A stretch of 32,000 nt of DNA from Dickeya dadantii NCPPB 898 (lineage in GTDB: Bacteria > Pseudomonadota > Gammaproteobacteria > Enterobacterales > Enterobacteriaceae), in assembly GCF_000406145.1 (NCBI RefSeq), contig NZ_CM001976.1, forward strand, positions 3,614,232-3,646,231. Reading direction: 5' to 3'. Under the pieces are notes generated by a model. It saw only the letters and a list, made by a program, of their open reading frames with translations, made no database searches and was not told where the DNA came from. A program made the translations under genes and the position numbers. This document shows, one piece after another, positions 19,790-29,007 of the stretch; the stretch's first letter is position 1, and every line of letters begins with the position of its first letter.

Positions 19790-19869
19790 ATTGACCTCCC
19801 GCTATGAAGATTTAGTCATGTTAATAAGAATAATGGATGGTATATGGGGACAATAATCGCGATTACAAC

Positions 19870-20298
19870 TCACCCGGTTCCCATCGTCCATTTCAGCGCC
19901 ACGCCAGCTACTACCAGATAGCGCAACGTTTTTCCGATAAAAATACATATTACGGAGCTTGCCCAGGGCATCCTTAGCCAACCCGACAATACGCACAATA
20001 TATCGCCGACCACCGGCACCCAGCTAAACAATAATGCTGCGGTGCCGTAACGCTGCAACCAGCGTCGGGCGGTATCCAATCCTCTTTGCGGCTTAAGTTC
20101 GGGTATCAAGCGCCCGACAATGATATTGGTGATCCCTCCCAACGTATTACCAATGGAAGCAATAACAATCAGCAGCAATGGGCTGGTGCTGTGGGTTAAC
20201 AGCAGCGATACCAGCACGACTTCAGAACTGCCCGGCAACAGCGTCGCACTCAGGAAGCTGCTCCAGAACAGGGAAAAGACCGCCCAGAACTCACTCAC
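19870..20298 (-). CDS. yqaA: Inner membrane protein YqaA (DedA/SNARE-associated family)
   Basis: The protein is 142 aa, the same length as E. coli YqaA, with similar motifs (FLSATLLPG.SEVVLV). The GTG start overlaps the yqaB stop (GTGA, 20295-20298). Confidence 0.85.
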   Translation of the reverse strand: MSEFWAVFSLFWSSFLSATLLPGSSEVVLVSLLLTHSTSPLLLIVIASIGNTLGGITNIIVGRLIPELKPQRGLDTARRWLQRYGTAALLFSWVPVVGDILCVLSGWLRMPWASSVICIFIGKTLRYLVVAGVALKWTMGTG

Positions 20299-20864
20299 AG
20301 CGTTCTTACGTCAACCACATCCATACCGGCACTGGCGGCGGCCTGAAGACCAAAATCGGCATCTTCAAACACGACACAGTGCTCAGGGGCAACCTGGATT
20401 AATGTTGCACAACGCAGGAAGGTATCCGGGAAAGGTTTATGCCGCTGCACATCATCAGCGCCGACCAGCGCAGAAAAATAATCACGCAGGCCAAGATGGC
20501 GCAACAGACGCTCGGCCAGACCATGCGTGCTCCCGGTGCCAACGGCCATCGGGCGGCGGCCATGATAGGCTTTGACGACCTCAATCAACGGCAGTGGTTG
20601 TACGGTGTCCATCAGCATGGTTTCGGTCAGGGACGCTTTCTCCGCCGCCAGTTTATGCGGATCGAGATCTGACTGATGCTGGTTGATAATCACTTCGGCA
20701 ATGCGCCAGGTCGGCGCGCCGTTCAGCGCCGTCATGGCATCGTTGTCATAGCTCATACCATACTTTGCCAGTACCTGTTGCCACGCCTGACAATGGGTTG
20801 GTTCCGTATCGAGAATAGTGCCATCCATGTCAAAGATCAGGCCCTGATAGCGATCGTACATCAT
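20295..20864 (-). CDS. yqaB: HAD-family sugar phosphatase YqaB (fructose-1-phosphate phosphatase / beta-phosphoglucomutase family)
   Basis: The sequence M(M)YDRYQGLIFDMDGTILDTEPTH carries the DxDGT HAD motif I and is collinear with E. coli YqaB (188 aa). The first or the second Met may be the true start. Confidence 0.9.
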   Translation of the reverse strand: MMYDRYQGLIFDMDGTILDTEPTHCQAWQQVLAKYGMSYDNDAMTALNGAPTWRIAEVIINQHQSDLDPHKLAAEKASLTETMLMDTVQPLPLIEVVKAYHGRRPMAVGTGSTHGLAERLLRHLGLRDYFSALVGADDVQRHKPFPDTFLRCATLIQVAPEHCVVFEDADFGLQAAASAGMDVVDVRTL

Positions 20865-21054
20865 GACTCCGTACCCACCGAAAAGAGACGACTACTTTAA
20901 CGCAAACTCAAAACATTGTCGCTTACTCAATAACCTTAGTAAAAACAGTGAAATAGATATATCAGACGGGTGAAATACCAAAGCGTTAAACACAAAGCGT
21001 TAAACAAAAGAAAGGCGATGATTTGGAAGGAAACAAAGATGGTTTTGAAGAAGA

Positions 21055-21131
21055 TGGTGCATCCGGGAGGATTCGAACCTCCGACCGCTCGGTTCGTAGC
21101 CGAGTACTCTATCCAGCTGAGCTACGGATGC
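21055..21131 (-). tRNA. tRNA-Arg (anticodon ACG)
   Basis: The reverse complement is GCATCCGTAGCTCAGCTGGATAGAGTACTCGGCTACGAACCGAGCGGTCGGAGGTTCGAATCCTCCCGGATGCACCA, identical in form to the E. coli argV/Y/Z-type tRNA (77 nt, encoded CCA). Confidence 0.97.
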
Positions 21132-21189
21132 ATTTTAGAAATTGCTTAGATTTTGATGTTACAACAAAGAGGAAACAGCATCAGGAGAA

Positions 21190-21266
21190 TGGTGCATCCG
21201 GGAGGATTCGAACCTCCGACCGCTCGGTTCGTAGCCGAGTACTCTATCCAGCTGAGCTACGGATGC
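21190..21266 (-). tRNA. tRNA-Arg (anticodon ACG)
   Basis: The 77 nt are identical to the copy at 21055-21131. Confidence 0.97.
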
Positions 21267-21342
21267 ATTTCAAGACTTACTGCAAACTTCTCTTAAATTG
21301 TATCACTGACAATGCTGTTGTCAGATAATGCATTACATTAAA

Positions 21343-21419
21343 TGGTGCATCCAGGAGGATTCGAACCTCCGACCGCTCGGTTCGTAGCCGAGTACTCTAT
21401 CCAGCTGAGCTATGGATGC
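21343..21419 (-). tRNA. tRNA-Arg (anticodon ACG), acceptor-stem variant
   Basis: This copy matches the other two except for a compensated acceptor-stem pair: G7:C66 becomes A7:U66 (GCATCCA... / ...TGGATGCACCA). Confidence 0.95.
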
Positions 21420-21426
21420 AATTTAA

Positions 21427-21519
21427 TGGCGGTGAGGGAGGGATTCGAACCCTCGATGCAGCTTTTGACCGCATACTCCCTTAGCAGGGGAGCGCCTTCA
21501 GCCTCTCGGCCACCTCACC
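21427..21519 (-). tRNA. serV: tRNA-Ser (anticodon GCU)
   Basis: The reverse complement is GGTGAGGTGGCCGAGAGGCTGAAGGCGCTCCCCTGCTAAGGGAG...GGTTCGAATCCCTCCCTCACCGCCA. It is a 93-nt class II tRNA with a long variable arm and the anticodon loop CU-GCU-AA. It is first in the operon, as serV is in E. coli. Confidence 0.96.
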
Positions 21520-21581
21520 GTACCGACCGGTAACCACTGAATTTCGTCTTCATTCAGCGCTCACCTGTCTGCGTGGCGCAC

Positions 21582-21609
21582 ATATTACTTTCCCGGACTT
21601 ATAAGTCAA
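21582..21609 (-). promoter_or_regulatory. Promoter of the serV-arg tRNA operon (stringent type)
   Basis: On the minus strand: TTGACT (21604-21609), a 16-nt spacer, then TAATAT (21582-21587), followed by the GC-rich discriminator GTGCGCCAC. An A/T-rich tract lies upstream. Confidence 0.7.
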
Positions 21610-21792
21610 ACAATTTTTCCGATATCAGTTCCGTTTGAACACTTCGCACCCAACAAGAACAGATTAACGACAAAAAGCATGCTTTATCGCCAATAAAACA
21701 ACCAGTTATTTGCACTCACAACAGCAAATGCCCGGGAGACTATTCATTGGCAAAAAGGAAAATACAGGAGCGGACAGAAATACTTGAACAAC

Positions 21793-21816
21793 AGCGCCTC
21801 GCCAACACGAGACGCT
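21793..21816 (-). terminator. Candidate terminator hairpin after csrA
   Basis: On the minus strand: AGCGUCUCG-UGUUGG-CGAGGCGCU, a 9-bp stem with one G-U pair, starting 7 nt after the csrA stop. The downstream GUUGUUC tract is only weakly U-rich. Confidence 0.5.
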
Positions 21817-21822
21817 ATTCAA

Positions 21823-22008
21823 TCAATAGGAGGTAGGCTGAGACTTCTCTGCCTGAATACGCTGGTAAATCTCTTCACGGTGTACAGAGACTTCTTTCGG
21901 CGCGTTAACACCGATACGAACCTGATTGCCCTTTACTCCTAGTACGGTAACCGTGACCTCATCGCCGATCATGAGGGTTTCGCCAACTCGACGAGTCAAA
22001 ATAAGCAT
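21823..22008 (-). CDS. csrA: Carbon storage regulator CsrA (RsmA)
   Basis: The 61-aa protein [57 protein letters not shown]... is essentially identical to E. coli CsrA. Confidence 0.98.
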   Translation of the reverse strand: MLILTRRVGETLMIGDEVTVTVLGVKGNQVRIGVNAPKEVSVHREEIYQRIQAEKSQPTSY

Positions 22009-22270
22009 TCTTTGCTCCTTGAAAGATTATAAAGAGTCAGGTCTCTCCGTTCTCCCGTCATTATCCATCATGGTTGGGGAAAACGTAAACCTGGATGACG
22101 AAAATGTCTCATCATCTCACTCATTGTCTGTTACTAATGTTCAGTTTAGTCGATATAAGACAGCTTGCGCTTTTTGTTATCACAACCAGACTTCGCCTCA
22201 CTGGTCGTCTCTGGAGCTCCACAGACGACCTATGAACAGTCTTGTTTACGGCCATCCTTACCGCAAGCTA

Positions 22271-22304
22271 AAAACGCCAAAGCCACTCATAGTCATGGCG
22301 TTTT
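22271..22304 (-). terminator. Intrinsic terminator after alaS
   Basis: Stem aaaacgcca (22271-22279) / tggcgtttt (22296-22304) with a 16-nt loop. On the minus strand it is followed by a U run. It lies 25 nt after the alaS stop. Confidence 0.6.
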
Positions 22305-22329
22305 TGCCGGGATAACACGTATTTAATAT

Positions 22330-24957
22330 TTATAGCTTATCAACCACCCAGGCTTCAATGCTGGTCAACGCCGATGGCAACGCATCGACATCACTGCCGC
22401 CTGCTTGCGCCATATCCGGACGACCACCACCTTTGCCGCCAACCTGGTTTGCCACAAAGCCAATCAACTCGCCCGCTTTGACGCGATCGGTCAATTCTTT
22501 GGTCACACCGGCGATCAGGCTGACTTTGCCATCCGCCACCGTCGACAGCACAATCACCGCAGAACCCAGTTGGTTCTTCAGATCATCCACCATCGTCCGC
22601 AGCAGCTTGGGCTCAACGTTGCTTAACTGCGTCACCAGCAGCTTCACCCCGTTGATATCCTTCGCCTTGCTGGACAGCGAAGAGCTTTCCTGCGCGGCTT
22701 GCTGCTCTTTCAACTGCTGCAACTCTTTTTCCAGCCCGCGGGTACGTTCCAGCAAAGAACGCACTTTGTCTGCCAAATTGTTACTATCGCCTTTCACCAG
22801 TTGTGTGACTTCATGCAGCAAATCATTCTGATGGTGCAGAGCGACAATAGCATTCTCGCCGGTAACCGCTTCAATACGACGAATACCCGCTGCCGTACCC
22901 GATTCAGATACAATCCGGAACAAGCCGATATCGCCGGTGCGGCGAGCATGAGTACCGCCACACAATTCGATGGAAAAATCCCCCATCGACAGCACGCGGA
23001 CATTCTCTTCGTACTTTTCACCAAAGAGCGCCATCGCGCCTTTCGCTCTGGCCGCATCCAGCGCCATTACGTCCGTTTCTACCGGCAGATTACGACGAAT
23101 CTGGGTATTGACGATATCTTCCACCTGACGAATCTGCTCCGGCTTCATCGCTTCCGGATGAGAGAAGTCAAAACGCAGGTAGCTGTCATTGACCAGCGAA
23201 CCTTTCTGCGCCACATGTTCGCCCAAGACCTGACGCAAGGCTGCGTGCAACAAATGAGTCGCCGAGTGGTTCAAACGAATGCGGTCACGGCGGACATGAT
23301 CCACCACGGCATCCACCTTGTCGTTCACCCGCAGAGAACCCTGGGTCAGTTTGCCGATATGGCCGATGGCCTGACCGTATTTCTGAGCATCGGCGACAGA
23401 AAAGCGGGCTGCCGCCGACGTCAACTCGCCCTGATCGCCAACCTGACCGCCGGATTCGCCGTAGAACGGGGTTTCGCTCAGGATTACGACCGCATCGTCA
23501 CCCGCCTGAATTTCCTGCACAGACTCGCCCTGACGATAAATCGCCACGACCTTCGACTGCTGCTCAGTACGTTCGTAACCGCAGAACGTTGTAGACTCAT
23601 CCACACGGATCAGGCTGTTGTAGTCGGCGCCGAAGCCGCTGGCATCACGTGCGCGCTGGCGTTGCGCTTCCATCGCACGTTCAAAACCCTCTTCATCCAC
23701 TTTCAGATTACGCTCACGGCAAACATCCGCGGTCAAATCGACCGGGAAGCCATAAGTGTCATAGAGACGGAACGCCGCTTCGCCGCTCAGGGTATCGCCC
23801 TTTAGCTGCTTAATTTCTTCGTCCAGCAACAGCAACCCGCGTTCCAGAGTACGGGCAAACTGCTCTTCTTCATTCTTAAGCGCCTGCTCCACCAGCCCCT
23901 GCTGGCGTTGAAGCTCTTCGGCAGCCGGCCCCATTACCTTAATCAGAGTACCAACCAGCTTATAGAAGAAGGTTTCTTTCGCACCCAACATATTACCGTG
24001 ACGGACAGCACGACGAATGATGCGACGCAGCACATAGCCGCGGTTTTCATTCGACGGCATTACGCCATCGGCAATCAGGAATGCACAAGAACGGATGTGG
24101 TCGGCGATGACGCGCAGTGACTTGTTGTTCAGATCGTCGGTTCCCACCACGCTGGCGGCTTCCGCGATCAGTGCTTTGAACAGATCGATCTCGTAGTTGG
24201 AATTTACATGCTGCAGGACGGCGGAAATACGTTCCAGCCCCATGCCGGTATCAACCGATGGTTTCGGCAGCGGTAGCATGGTGCCATCGGCCTGCCGGTT
24301 GAACTGCATAAATACCAGGTTCCAGATCTCGATGTAGCGGTCGCCATCTTCTTCTGGGCTTCCCGGCGGTCCGCCCCAGATGTGATCGCCATGATCGTAG
24401 AAAATTTCAGAGCAAGGGCCGCAAGGACCGGTATCGCCCATCTGCCAGAAGTTATCCGACGCGTATGGCGCACCTTTGTTGTCGCCGATGCGGATAATGC
24501 GTTCGTGAGGCACGCCCACCTCATTCGCCCAAATGTCATAGGCTTCATCATCGGTGGCGTAAACCGTAACCCACAATTTTTCTTTGGGCAGACCAAACCA
24601 TTGCGGGCTGGTCAACAATTCCCAGGCGTAAATGATGGCGTCGCGTTTAAAGTAATCACCGAAGCTGAAGTTACCCAGCATTTCGAAGAAGGTGTGGTGA
24701 CGCGCAGTGTAACCCACGTTTTCCAGATCGTTATGCTTACCGCCGGCACGCACACAGCGCTGAGAGGTCGTGGCTCGCACATAATTACGTTTGTCCAACC
24801 CCAGGAAAACGTCCTTGAACTGGTTCATCCCGGCATTGGTAAACAGCAACGTAGGATCATTGTTTGGCACCAGGGAACTACTGGCGACAACCTGATGACC
24901 TTTACTATGGAAAAAGTCGAGAAACGCTTGACGGATCTCAGCGGTGCTCTTGCTCAT
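22330..24957 (-). CDS. alaS: Alanine-tRNA ligase
   Basis: The 875-aa protein begins [19 protein letters not shown] and is collinear with E. coli AlaRS (876 aa), including the editing-domain motif HSATHLLH and the C-terminal DHHA1-like domain. Confidence 0.98.
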   Translation of the reverse strand: MSKSTAEIRQAFLDFFHSKGHQVVASSSLVPNNDPTLLFTNAGMNQFKDVFLGLDKRNYVRATTSQRCVRAGGKHNDLENVGYTARHHTFFEMLGNFSFGDYFKRDAIIYAWELLTSPQWFGLPKEKLWVTVYATDDEAYDIWANEVGVPHERIIRIGDNKGAPYASDNFWQMGDTGPCGPCSEIFYDHGDHIWGGPPGSPEEDGDRYIEIWNLVFMQFNRQADGTMLPLPKPSVDTGMGLERISAVLQHVNSNYEIDLFKALIAEAASVVGTDDLNNKSLRVIADHIRSCAFLIADGVMPSNENRGYVLRRIIRRAVRHGNMLGAKETFFYKLVGTLIKVMGPAAEELQRQQGLVEQALKNEEEQFARTLERGLLLLDEEIKQLKGDTLSGEAAFRLYDTYGFPVDLTADVCRERNLKVDEEGFERAMEAQRQRARDASGFGADYNSLIRVDESTTFCGYERTEQQSKVVAIYRQGESVQEIQAGDDAVVILSETPFYGESGGQVGDQGELTSAAARFSVADAQKYGQAIGHIGKLTQGSLRVNDKVDAVVDHVRRDRIRLNHSATHLLHAALRQVLGEHVAQKGSLVNDSYLRFDFSHPEAMKPEQIRQVEDIVNTQIRRNLPVETDVMALDAARAKGAMALFGEKYEENVRVLSMGDFSIELCGGTHARRTGDIGLFRIVSESGTAAGIRRIEAVTGENAIVALHHQNDLLHEVTQLVKGDSNNLADKVRSLLERTRGLEKELQQLKEQQAAQESSSLSSKAKDINGVKLLVTQLSNVEPKLLRTMVDDLKNQLGSAVIVLSTVADGKVSLIAGVTKELTDRVKAGELIGFVANQVGGKGGGRPDMAQAGGSDVDALPSALTSIEAWVVDKL

Positions 24958-25096
24958 AATTGTCCTGAAATCAAGCTAAAAGAACAGTCGCGGGCAAGGC
25001 AGATGCAGCATGCTGATGTGACCAAGCCAAACGCGAAACAAAAAAAGTGGGAATAAGATAAATTTTCTTAGGGGGGAAGTAAAATCCCGTATGCGT

Positions 25097-25591
25097 TCAA
25101 TCGGAAAAATTCATATATACCGACTGAATTTCATCGTGGGAAAAACCGCGGTAAAGCAAATAACGCTGAACTTTGGCACGTTCTTGCCAGTTCACTGGCA
25201 ACGGTGAACCGAATTTACGGGTCGCCACTGCTTTCGCCTGTAGATACCAGTCAATGTCGCAGGACTGCAGCGCCATACGCTGGGTAGATTTATCGATGCC
25301 CCGCTGATTGAGCTCGGCGCAAATACGCTGAGTACCATATCCTTTACGGCAGCGGCTACTAATATAACGCAGGGCATAGCGCGCATCATCCAGCCAGCCC
25401 TGTTGCCGACAGCTGTCCACCGCCTGCTCGATTTGGGTATCGAGCTCGGACAATGCAGATTCGTCTGCATTGTCGCACTCACGGTTTGTCTGCAAATACG
25501 CCGCAATTTTGCGGCGCAATTCCATCTCGCTATGATCTCGCACAGCCAGCACATTCATCGCATAGCGGAGTACTTTCGACATGCCTGTCAT
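25097..25591 (-). CDS. recX: RecA regulator RecX
   Basis: The 164-aa protein contains LAVRDHSEMELRRKI and the C-terminal ...QRYLLYRGFSHDEIQ. It lies immediately downstream of recA, as in E. coli (166 aa). The start could also be the Met at 25582. Confidence 0.9.
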   Translation of the reverse strand: MTGMSKVLRYAMNVLAVRDHSEMELRRKIAAYLQTNRECDNADESALSELDTQIEQAVDSCRQQGWLDDARYALRYISSRCRKGYGTQRICAELNQRGIDKSTQRMALQSCDIDWYLQAKAVATRKFGSPLPVNWQERAKVQRYLLYRGFSHDEIQSVYMNFSD

Positions 25592-25625
25592 CCCGAGAAT
25601 GTGCTGTCCATGCTACGACGTTCCA

Positions 25626-26702
25626 TTAAAAATCGTCGTTGAGTTCGCCAGCGGCTTCCTCATCGTACTCAGCGCGTTCACCGCTAACGCTCGGCACGAC
25701 TTCATTATCTTTGTGCAGCAGCATTTCGCGCAGTTTCTTGTCCAGTTCGGCGGAGATGGTCGAATTTTCCCTCAGGAAATTGCAAGCGTTAGCCTTGCCC
25801 TGACCGATCTTGTCACCATTGTAACTGTACCAGGCGCCTGCTTTTTCAATCAGCTTGTACTTCACGCCCAGATCAACCAGTTCACCGTAGGTATTGATCC
25901 CTTCGCCATACAGAATCTGGAATTCGGCCTGTTTGAACGGTGCGGCAACCTTGTTCTTCACGACCTTGACGCGGGTTTCGCTCCCGACCACTTCTTCGCC
26001 TTCTTTAATCGAGCCGATGCGGCGGATATCAAGACGGACGGAAGCGTAGAATTTCAGCGCGTTACCACCGGTCGTGGTTTCCGGGTTACCGAACATGACG
26101 CCAATCTTCATACGGATCTGGTTGATAAAGATCAGCAACGTATTGGATTGTTTCAGGTTACCAGCCAGTTTGCGCATGGCCTGACTCATCATGCGCGCCG
26201 CCAGCCCCATATGCGAATCGCCGATCTCGCCTTCGATCTCCGCTTTCGGCGTCAACGCCGCCACGGAGTCAACGATAATCACATCCACCGCGCCGGAACG
26301 AGCCAGCGCATCGCAGATTTCCAGCGCCTGTTCGCCGGTGTCCGGCTGGGAACACAGCAGATTATCGATATCTACGCCCAGTTTCTTGGCGTAGATCGGA
26401 TCCAGCGCGTGCTCAGCATCGATAAACGCACAGGTTTTGCCTCCACGCTGTGCAGCTGCAATCACCTGCAGCGTCAGCGTAGTTTTACCGGAGGATTCCG
26501 GGCCGTAGATTTCGACAATACGCCCCATCGGCAAACCACCAACACCCAGTGCGATATCGAGCGACAGGGAGCCCGTGGAGATCGTTTCAACATCCATTGA
26601 GCGATCTTCGCCCAAACGCATGATAGAACCTTTACCGAATTGCTTTTCGATCTGACCCAGCGCCGCCGCCAGTGCCTTTTGTTTGTTCTCATCAATAGCC
26701 AT
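25626..26702 (-). CDS. recA: Recombinase RecA
   Basis: The protein begins [53 protein letters not shown] and carries the Walker A motif GPESSGKTT. It is 358 aa. Confidence 0.99.
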   Translation of the reverse strand: MAIDENKQKALAAALGQIEKQFGKGSIMRLGEDRSMDVETISTGSLSLDIALGVGGLPMGRIVEIYGPESSGKTTLTLQVIAAAQRGGKTCAFIDAEHALDPIYAKKLGVDIDNLLCSQPDTGEQALEICDALARSGAVDVIIVDSVAALTPKAEIEGEIGDSHMGLAARMMSQAMRKLAGNLKQSNTLLIFINQIRMKIGVMFGNPETTTGGNALKFYASVRLDIRRIGSIKEGEEVVGSETRVKVVKNKVAAPFKQAEFQILYGEGINTYGELVDLGVKYKLIEKAGAWYSYNGDKIGQGKANACNFLRENSTISAELDKKLREMLLHKDNEVVPSVSGERAEYDEEAAGELNDDF

Positions 26703-26776
26703 TTCTACTCCTGTCGCGCAGCCTGCCGCTGCCTCTACGCCGTTGCTTATTCATGATTCACCGAACCGATGGCCGC

Positions 26777-26804
26777 ATTATACTGTATACTCATACAGCA
26801 TCAA
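26777..26804 (-). promoter_or_regulatory. recA promoter with LexA operator (SOS box)
   Basis: On the minus strand: TTGATG (-35, 26799-26804), a 16-nt spacer, then TATAAT (-10, 26777-26782). The SOS box TGCTGTATGAGTATACAGTA (26781-26800) has a perfect CTGT-N8-ACAG core and overlaps the promoter as in E. coli recA. Confidence 0.9.
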
Positions 26805-26811
26805 GCCTATT

Positions 26812-27300
26812 TTATAAAAATCTCTCCAGCAGCGTCTGCAGGGCAAAAGCCACCGCCTGCAAACGAACCTCATGGCGATCGCCGTCAAACTGCATTCTTT
26901 GCGCCACACTGTTGCCGTTTTTATCGCTAAAACCAAACCATACGGTTCCCACCGGTTTGTCTGGCGTTCCGCCGTCCGGCCCGGCAATACCGCTGACCGA
27001 TACGGCGATATCCGCACCGGAGCGACTTAGCGCCCCCGCCGCCATTTCGTTCACGACGTCGCGACTAACCGCGCCAAACTGCGCCAGTGTGTTTGCCTGC
27101 ACGCCAATCAGCGCCTGCTTGGCCTGATTACTGTAAGTCACAAAACCGTAGTCAAACCATGCCGAACTACCGGGCACATCCGTAATCGCCTTGGCCAGCC
27201 ATCCGCCGGTACAGGACTCGGCGCAGGTTATTTTCGCCTGACGCGCCTTCAGACGTTCTCCCACCAGCGCGCTCAGTAGCAAGATTTCAGTTTCTGTCAT
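26812..27300 (-). CDS. pncC: Nicotinamide-nucleotide amidohydrolase PncC (CinA-like C-terminal domain, YgaD)
   Basis: From ATG 27300 (MTETEILLLSALVGERLKARQAKITCAESCTGGWLAKAITD...) the 162-aa protein is collinear with E. coli PncC (165 aa). The ORF-track start at 27471 adds 57 non-homologous residues. Confidence 0.92.
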   Translation of the reverse strand: MTETEILLLSALVGERLKARQAKITCAESCTGGWLAKAITDVPGSSAWFDYGFVTYSNQAKQALIGVQANTLAQFGAVSRDVVNEMAAGALSRSGADIAVSVSGIAGPDGGTPDKPVGTVWFGFSDKNGNSVAQRMQFDGDRHEVRLQAVAFALQTLLERFL

Positions 27301-27506
27301 CGCAGCACCCTGTTTTATCCATCGCAGCTCAATAGTAATGAACACATTCTCCCTCAGGGTAGCACTTTTCCTCGTGCAACCCCGTTGCTTAACAGGAATG
27401 CGAGGCGGCGCGCAACATGGCGCGGCGCGTTGTCTTATTATTGTCACTGTGACTGTATATGATTGACACACAATAATAACGACGATAGCGTTTTTACGAC
27501 ATGCAT

Positions 27507-27527
27507 GCCCCGCCTCGGGGCTTTTTT
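27507..27527 (+). terminator. Orphan plus-strand intrinsic terminator just upstream of the GNAT gene
   Basis: Stem gccccg (27507-27512), loop cct, stem cggggc (27516-27521), followed by TTTTTT. No plus-strand gene lies upstream, because pncC is on the minus strand. The complement lacks a U run, so the orientation is plus. Confidence 0.6.
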
Positions 27528-27550
27528 ATTGGCGCTACAAGGCACAGCCG

Positions 27551-28015
27551 ATGATAATTCGCCAACTGACAACCGATGATCTCGCTGAATTTCGACGTAT
27601 CCGGCTGGAAGGGCTGCGGCAAGCCCCGCACGCCTTCGGCAGCACCTGGCAAAAAGAGCAGGCGGAACCTGTCGGCGCTTTTCTCAGTCGTCTGGAAAAT
27701 AATCGCGTATGGGGCGTGTTCGAGCCGGAATTCCAGTTATGCGGCGTCGCCGCCTATGCCGGGCAAAACGATGAAGAAGGGATTATCTGGGGTGTCTATG
27801 TCGCAGGCTCCCTGCGTGGAACCGGTGCGACAGACAGATTAATGCGTGCGCTGATTAATGATGCCGGTGCTCGCTTGTCGCGCCTGACGCTGACGGTCAT
27901 GAGCGATAACTACCCGGCGATCAGGCTTTACCAACGGCTGGGCTTTCAACGTATTTCTCTCACCGCCTCAACAGCAGATGAATCCCGGCAGGCGTGGTAT
28001 CTGGACCTGAAATAA
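27551..28015 (+). CDS. GNAT family N-acetyltransferase
   Basis: The 154-aa protein has an acetyl-CoA binding motif A-like segment (IWGVYVAGSLRGTGATDRLMRALI) and a C-terminal AIRLYQRLGF, typical of GNAT folds. Confidence 0.8.
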   Translation: MIIRQLTTDDLAEFRRIRLEGLRQAPHAFGSTWQKEQAEPVGAFLSRLENNRVWGVFEPEFQLCGVAAYAGQNDEEGIIWGVYVAGSLRGTGATDRLMRALINDAGARLSRLTLTVMSDNYPAIRLYQRLGFQRISLTASTADESRQAWYLDLK

Positions 28016-28017
28016 TG

Positions 28018-28041
28018 CTGGCCTGCCAGTTGACAGGCCAG
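28018..28041 (+). terminator. Hairpin after the GNAT gene (possible weak terminator)
   Basis: An 8-bp stem, ctggcctg (28018-28025) / caggccag (28034-28041), with an 8-nt loop starts 3 nt after the stop. Only TT follows, so it is not a canonical U-tract terminator. Confidence 0.4.
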
Positions 28042-28513
28042 TTGGGTAGGAACCCACAGAAAGGAATAGCGCCTGTGTTGCGAAATACCACTGGCTACAT
28101 GGTGGATTAACACATCAGGCGAATCGACTTCATGATATACCTGTTATCTTTCAAGCTGCTGGCGTATTGGCTGCTTCGTTTCCAGTCCCTGACTTCGGTA
28201 AACGACTGGGGGTTACGCTGTTTGCCACTGTCCTGCAAACTCAAAATCCCCTGGGTATAAAAAGCCTTGTTATCGGTGTTTCATCCCTGGCGGGTAATTA
28301 GCGCGGCACTCTCCCATTTAGTTTTTGCATCTTGTTCTGCTTTAAGTGCGTTGGGCTACGATAGCTTATTTTCTGGAGTGCTCCTTTTCTTTTTTATTTA
28401 TCGGCGAGAAAACCAATAACCTTACCCCGAAAAGAAAATATTTTTATTTTCCGGCATGATTATACCTAGCGGAACTATTGCCATATTGAAACACAACGCC
28501 GGTGGATAGACAT

Positions 28514-28539
28514 AAAAAAAAGCCCACCAACTGGTGGGC
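28514..28539 (-). terminator. Orphan intrinsic terminator H1
   Basis: On the minus strand: GCCCACC-AGUU-GGUGGGC followed by U8 (plus-strand A8 at 28514-28521). The stems are at 28522-28528 and 28533-28539. Confidence 0.7.
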
Positions 28540-28719
28540 AAAGCTATTGGGTTTTTCAACAGCAAAGATTTAGTAGTACTGGCACGACAGTTATCCACTG
28601 CCTGAAAATAAATTTACCAGTTATTCCTTAAAATAACCTTAGTTTTATCTCATACTCACATAAACATTGATAAAAAAACAAAATCGGCCACCAATTAATT
28701 AACCCACTGTGTTACAAGC

Positions 28720-28746
28720 AAAAAAAAAGCCCACCAACTGGTGGGC
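28720..28746 (-). terminator. Orphan intrinsic terminator H2
   Basis: On the minus strand: GCCCACC-AGUU-GGUGGGC followed by U9 (plus-strand A9 at 28720-28728). The stem and loop are identical to H1. Confidence 0.7.
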
Positions 28747-28902
28747 AAAATGACACTATTCTCTGGCATGAAGCATCCTGAAGACACAGGTTGGCGGCGT
28801 TCCGCCGCCTGATAAGAATGCTACAATATAAATATTAAGCCAACATTAGGAAAAACAAAAAAACCATCAATGCAAATCCTCACTAAAAATAAAAAGAAGA
28901 TG

Positions 28903-28930
28903 AAAAAACAAAGCCCACCAAAAGGTGGGC
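28903..28930 (-). terminator. Orphan intrinsic terminator H3
   Basis: On the minus strand: GCCCACC-UUUU-GGUGGGC followed by UUUGUUUUUU. The stems are at 28913-28919 and 28924-28930. Confidence 0.65.
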
Positions 28931-28950
28931 AAATACTAGCTAATTATTAT

Positions 28951-29007
28951 AAAAAACCTGGTGTTTGGCGCGGTAAAATCATTACCTGCTGATAAAATTA
29001 CACCAGG
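28951..29007 (-). terminator. Long hairpin plus U6, upstream of H3 on the minus strand
   Basis: An 8-bp stem, cctggtgt (28957-28964) / acaccagg (29000-29007), encloses 35 nt that contain an inner ggtaa/ttacc hairpin. On the minus strand it is followed by UUUUUU (plus-strand A6 at 28951-28956). Confidence 0.5.

Noticed and set aside
27452-27467. CTGTATATGATTGACA upstream of pncC looked like an SOS box.
   Set aside because: The right half-site lacks the required CAG at the N10 spacing (ACA instead), so only one half-site matches.
27551-28015. Could the GNAT be the toxin of a GNAT/RHH (TacT-like) toxin-antitoxin pair?
   Set aside because: No small upstream antitoxin ORF exists; the upstream 250 bp are non-coding with a terminator. 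The sequence looks like a generic housekeeping-type GNAT.
28110-28280. A 57-codon stop-free minus-strand frame (...YTQGILSLQDSGKQRNPQSFTEVRDWKRSSQYASSLKDNRYIMKSIRLMC*) could be a gene relic. A 42-codon plus-strand sORF starts at 28132.
   Set aside because: The frame has no start codon or SD, and I recognise no family for either. Both are below the length at which random open frames are surprising. Only a translated database search could rescue them.
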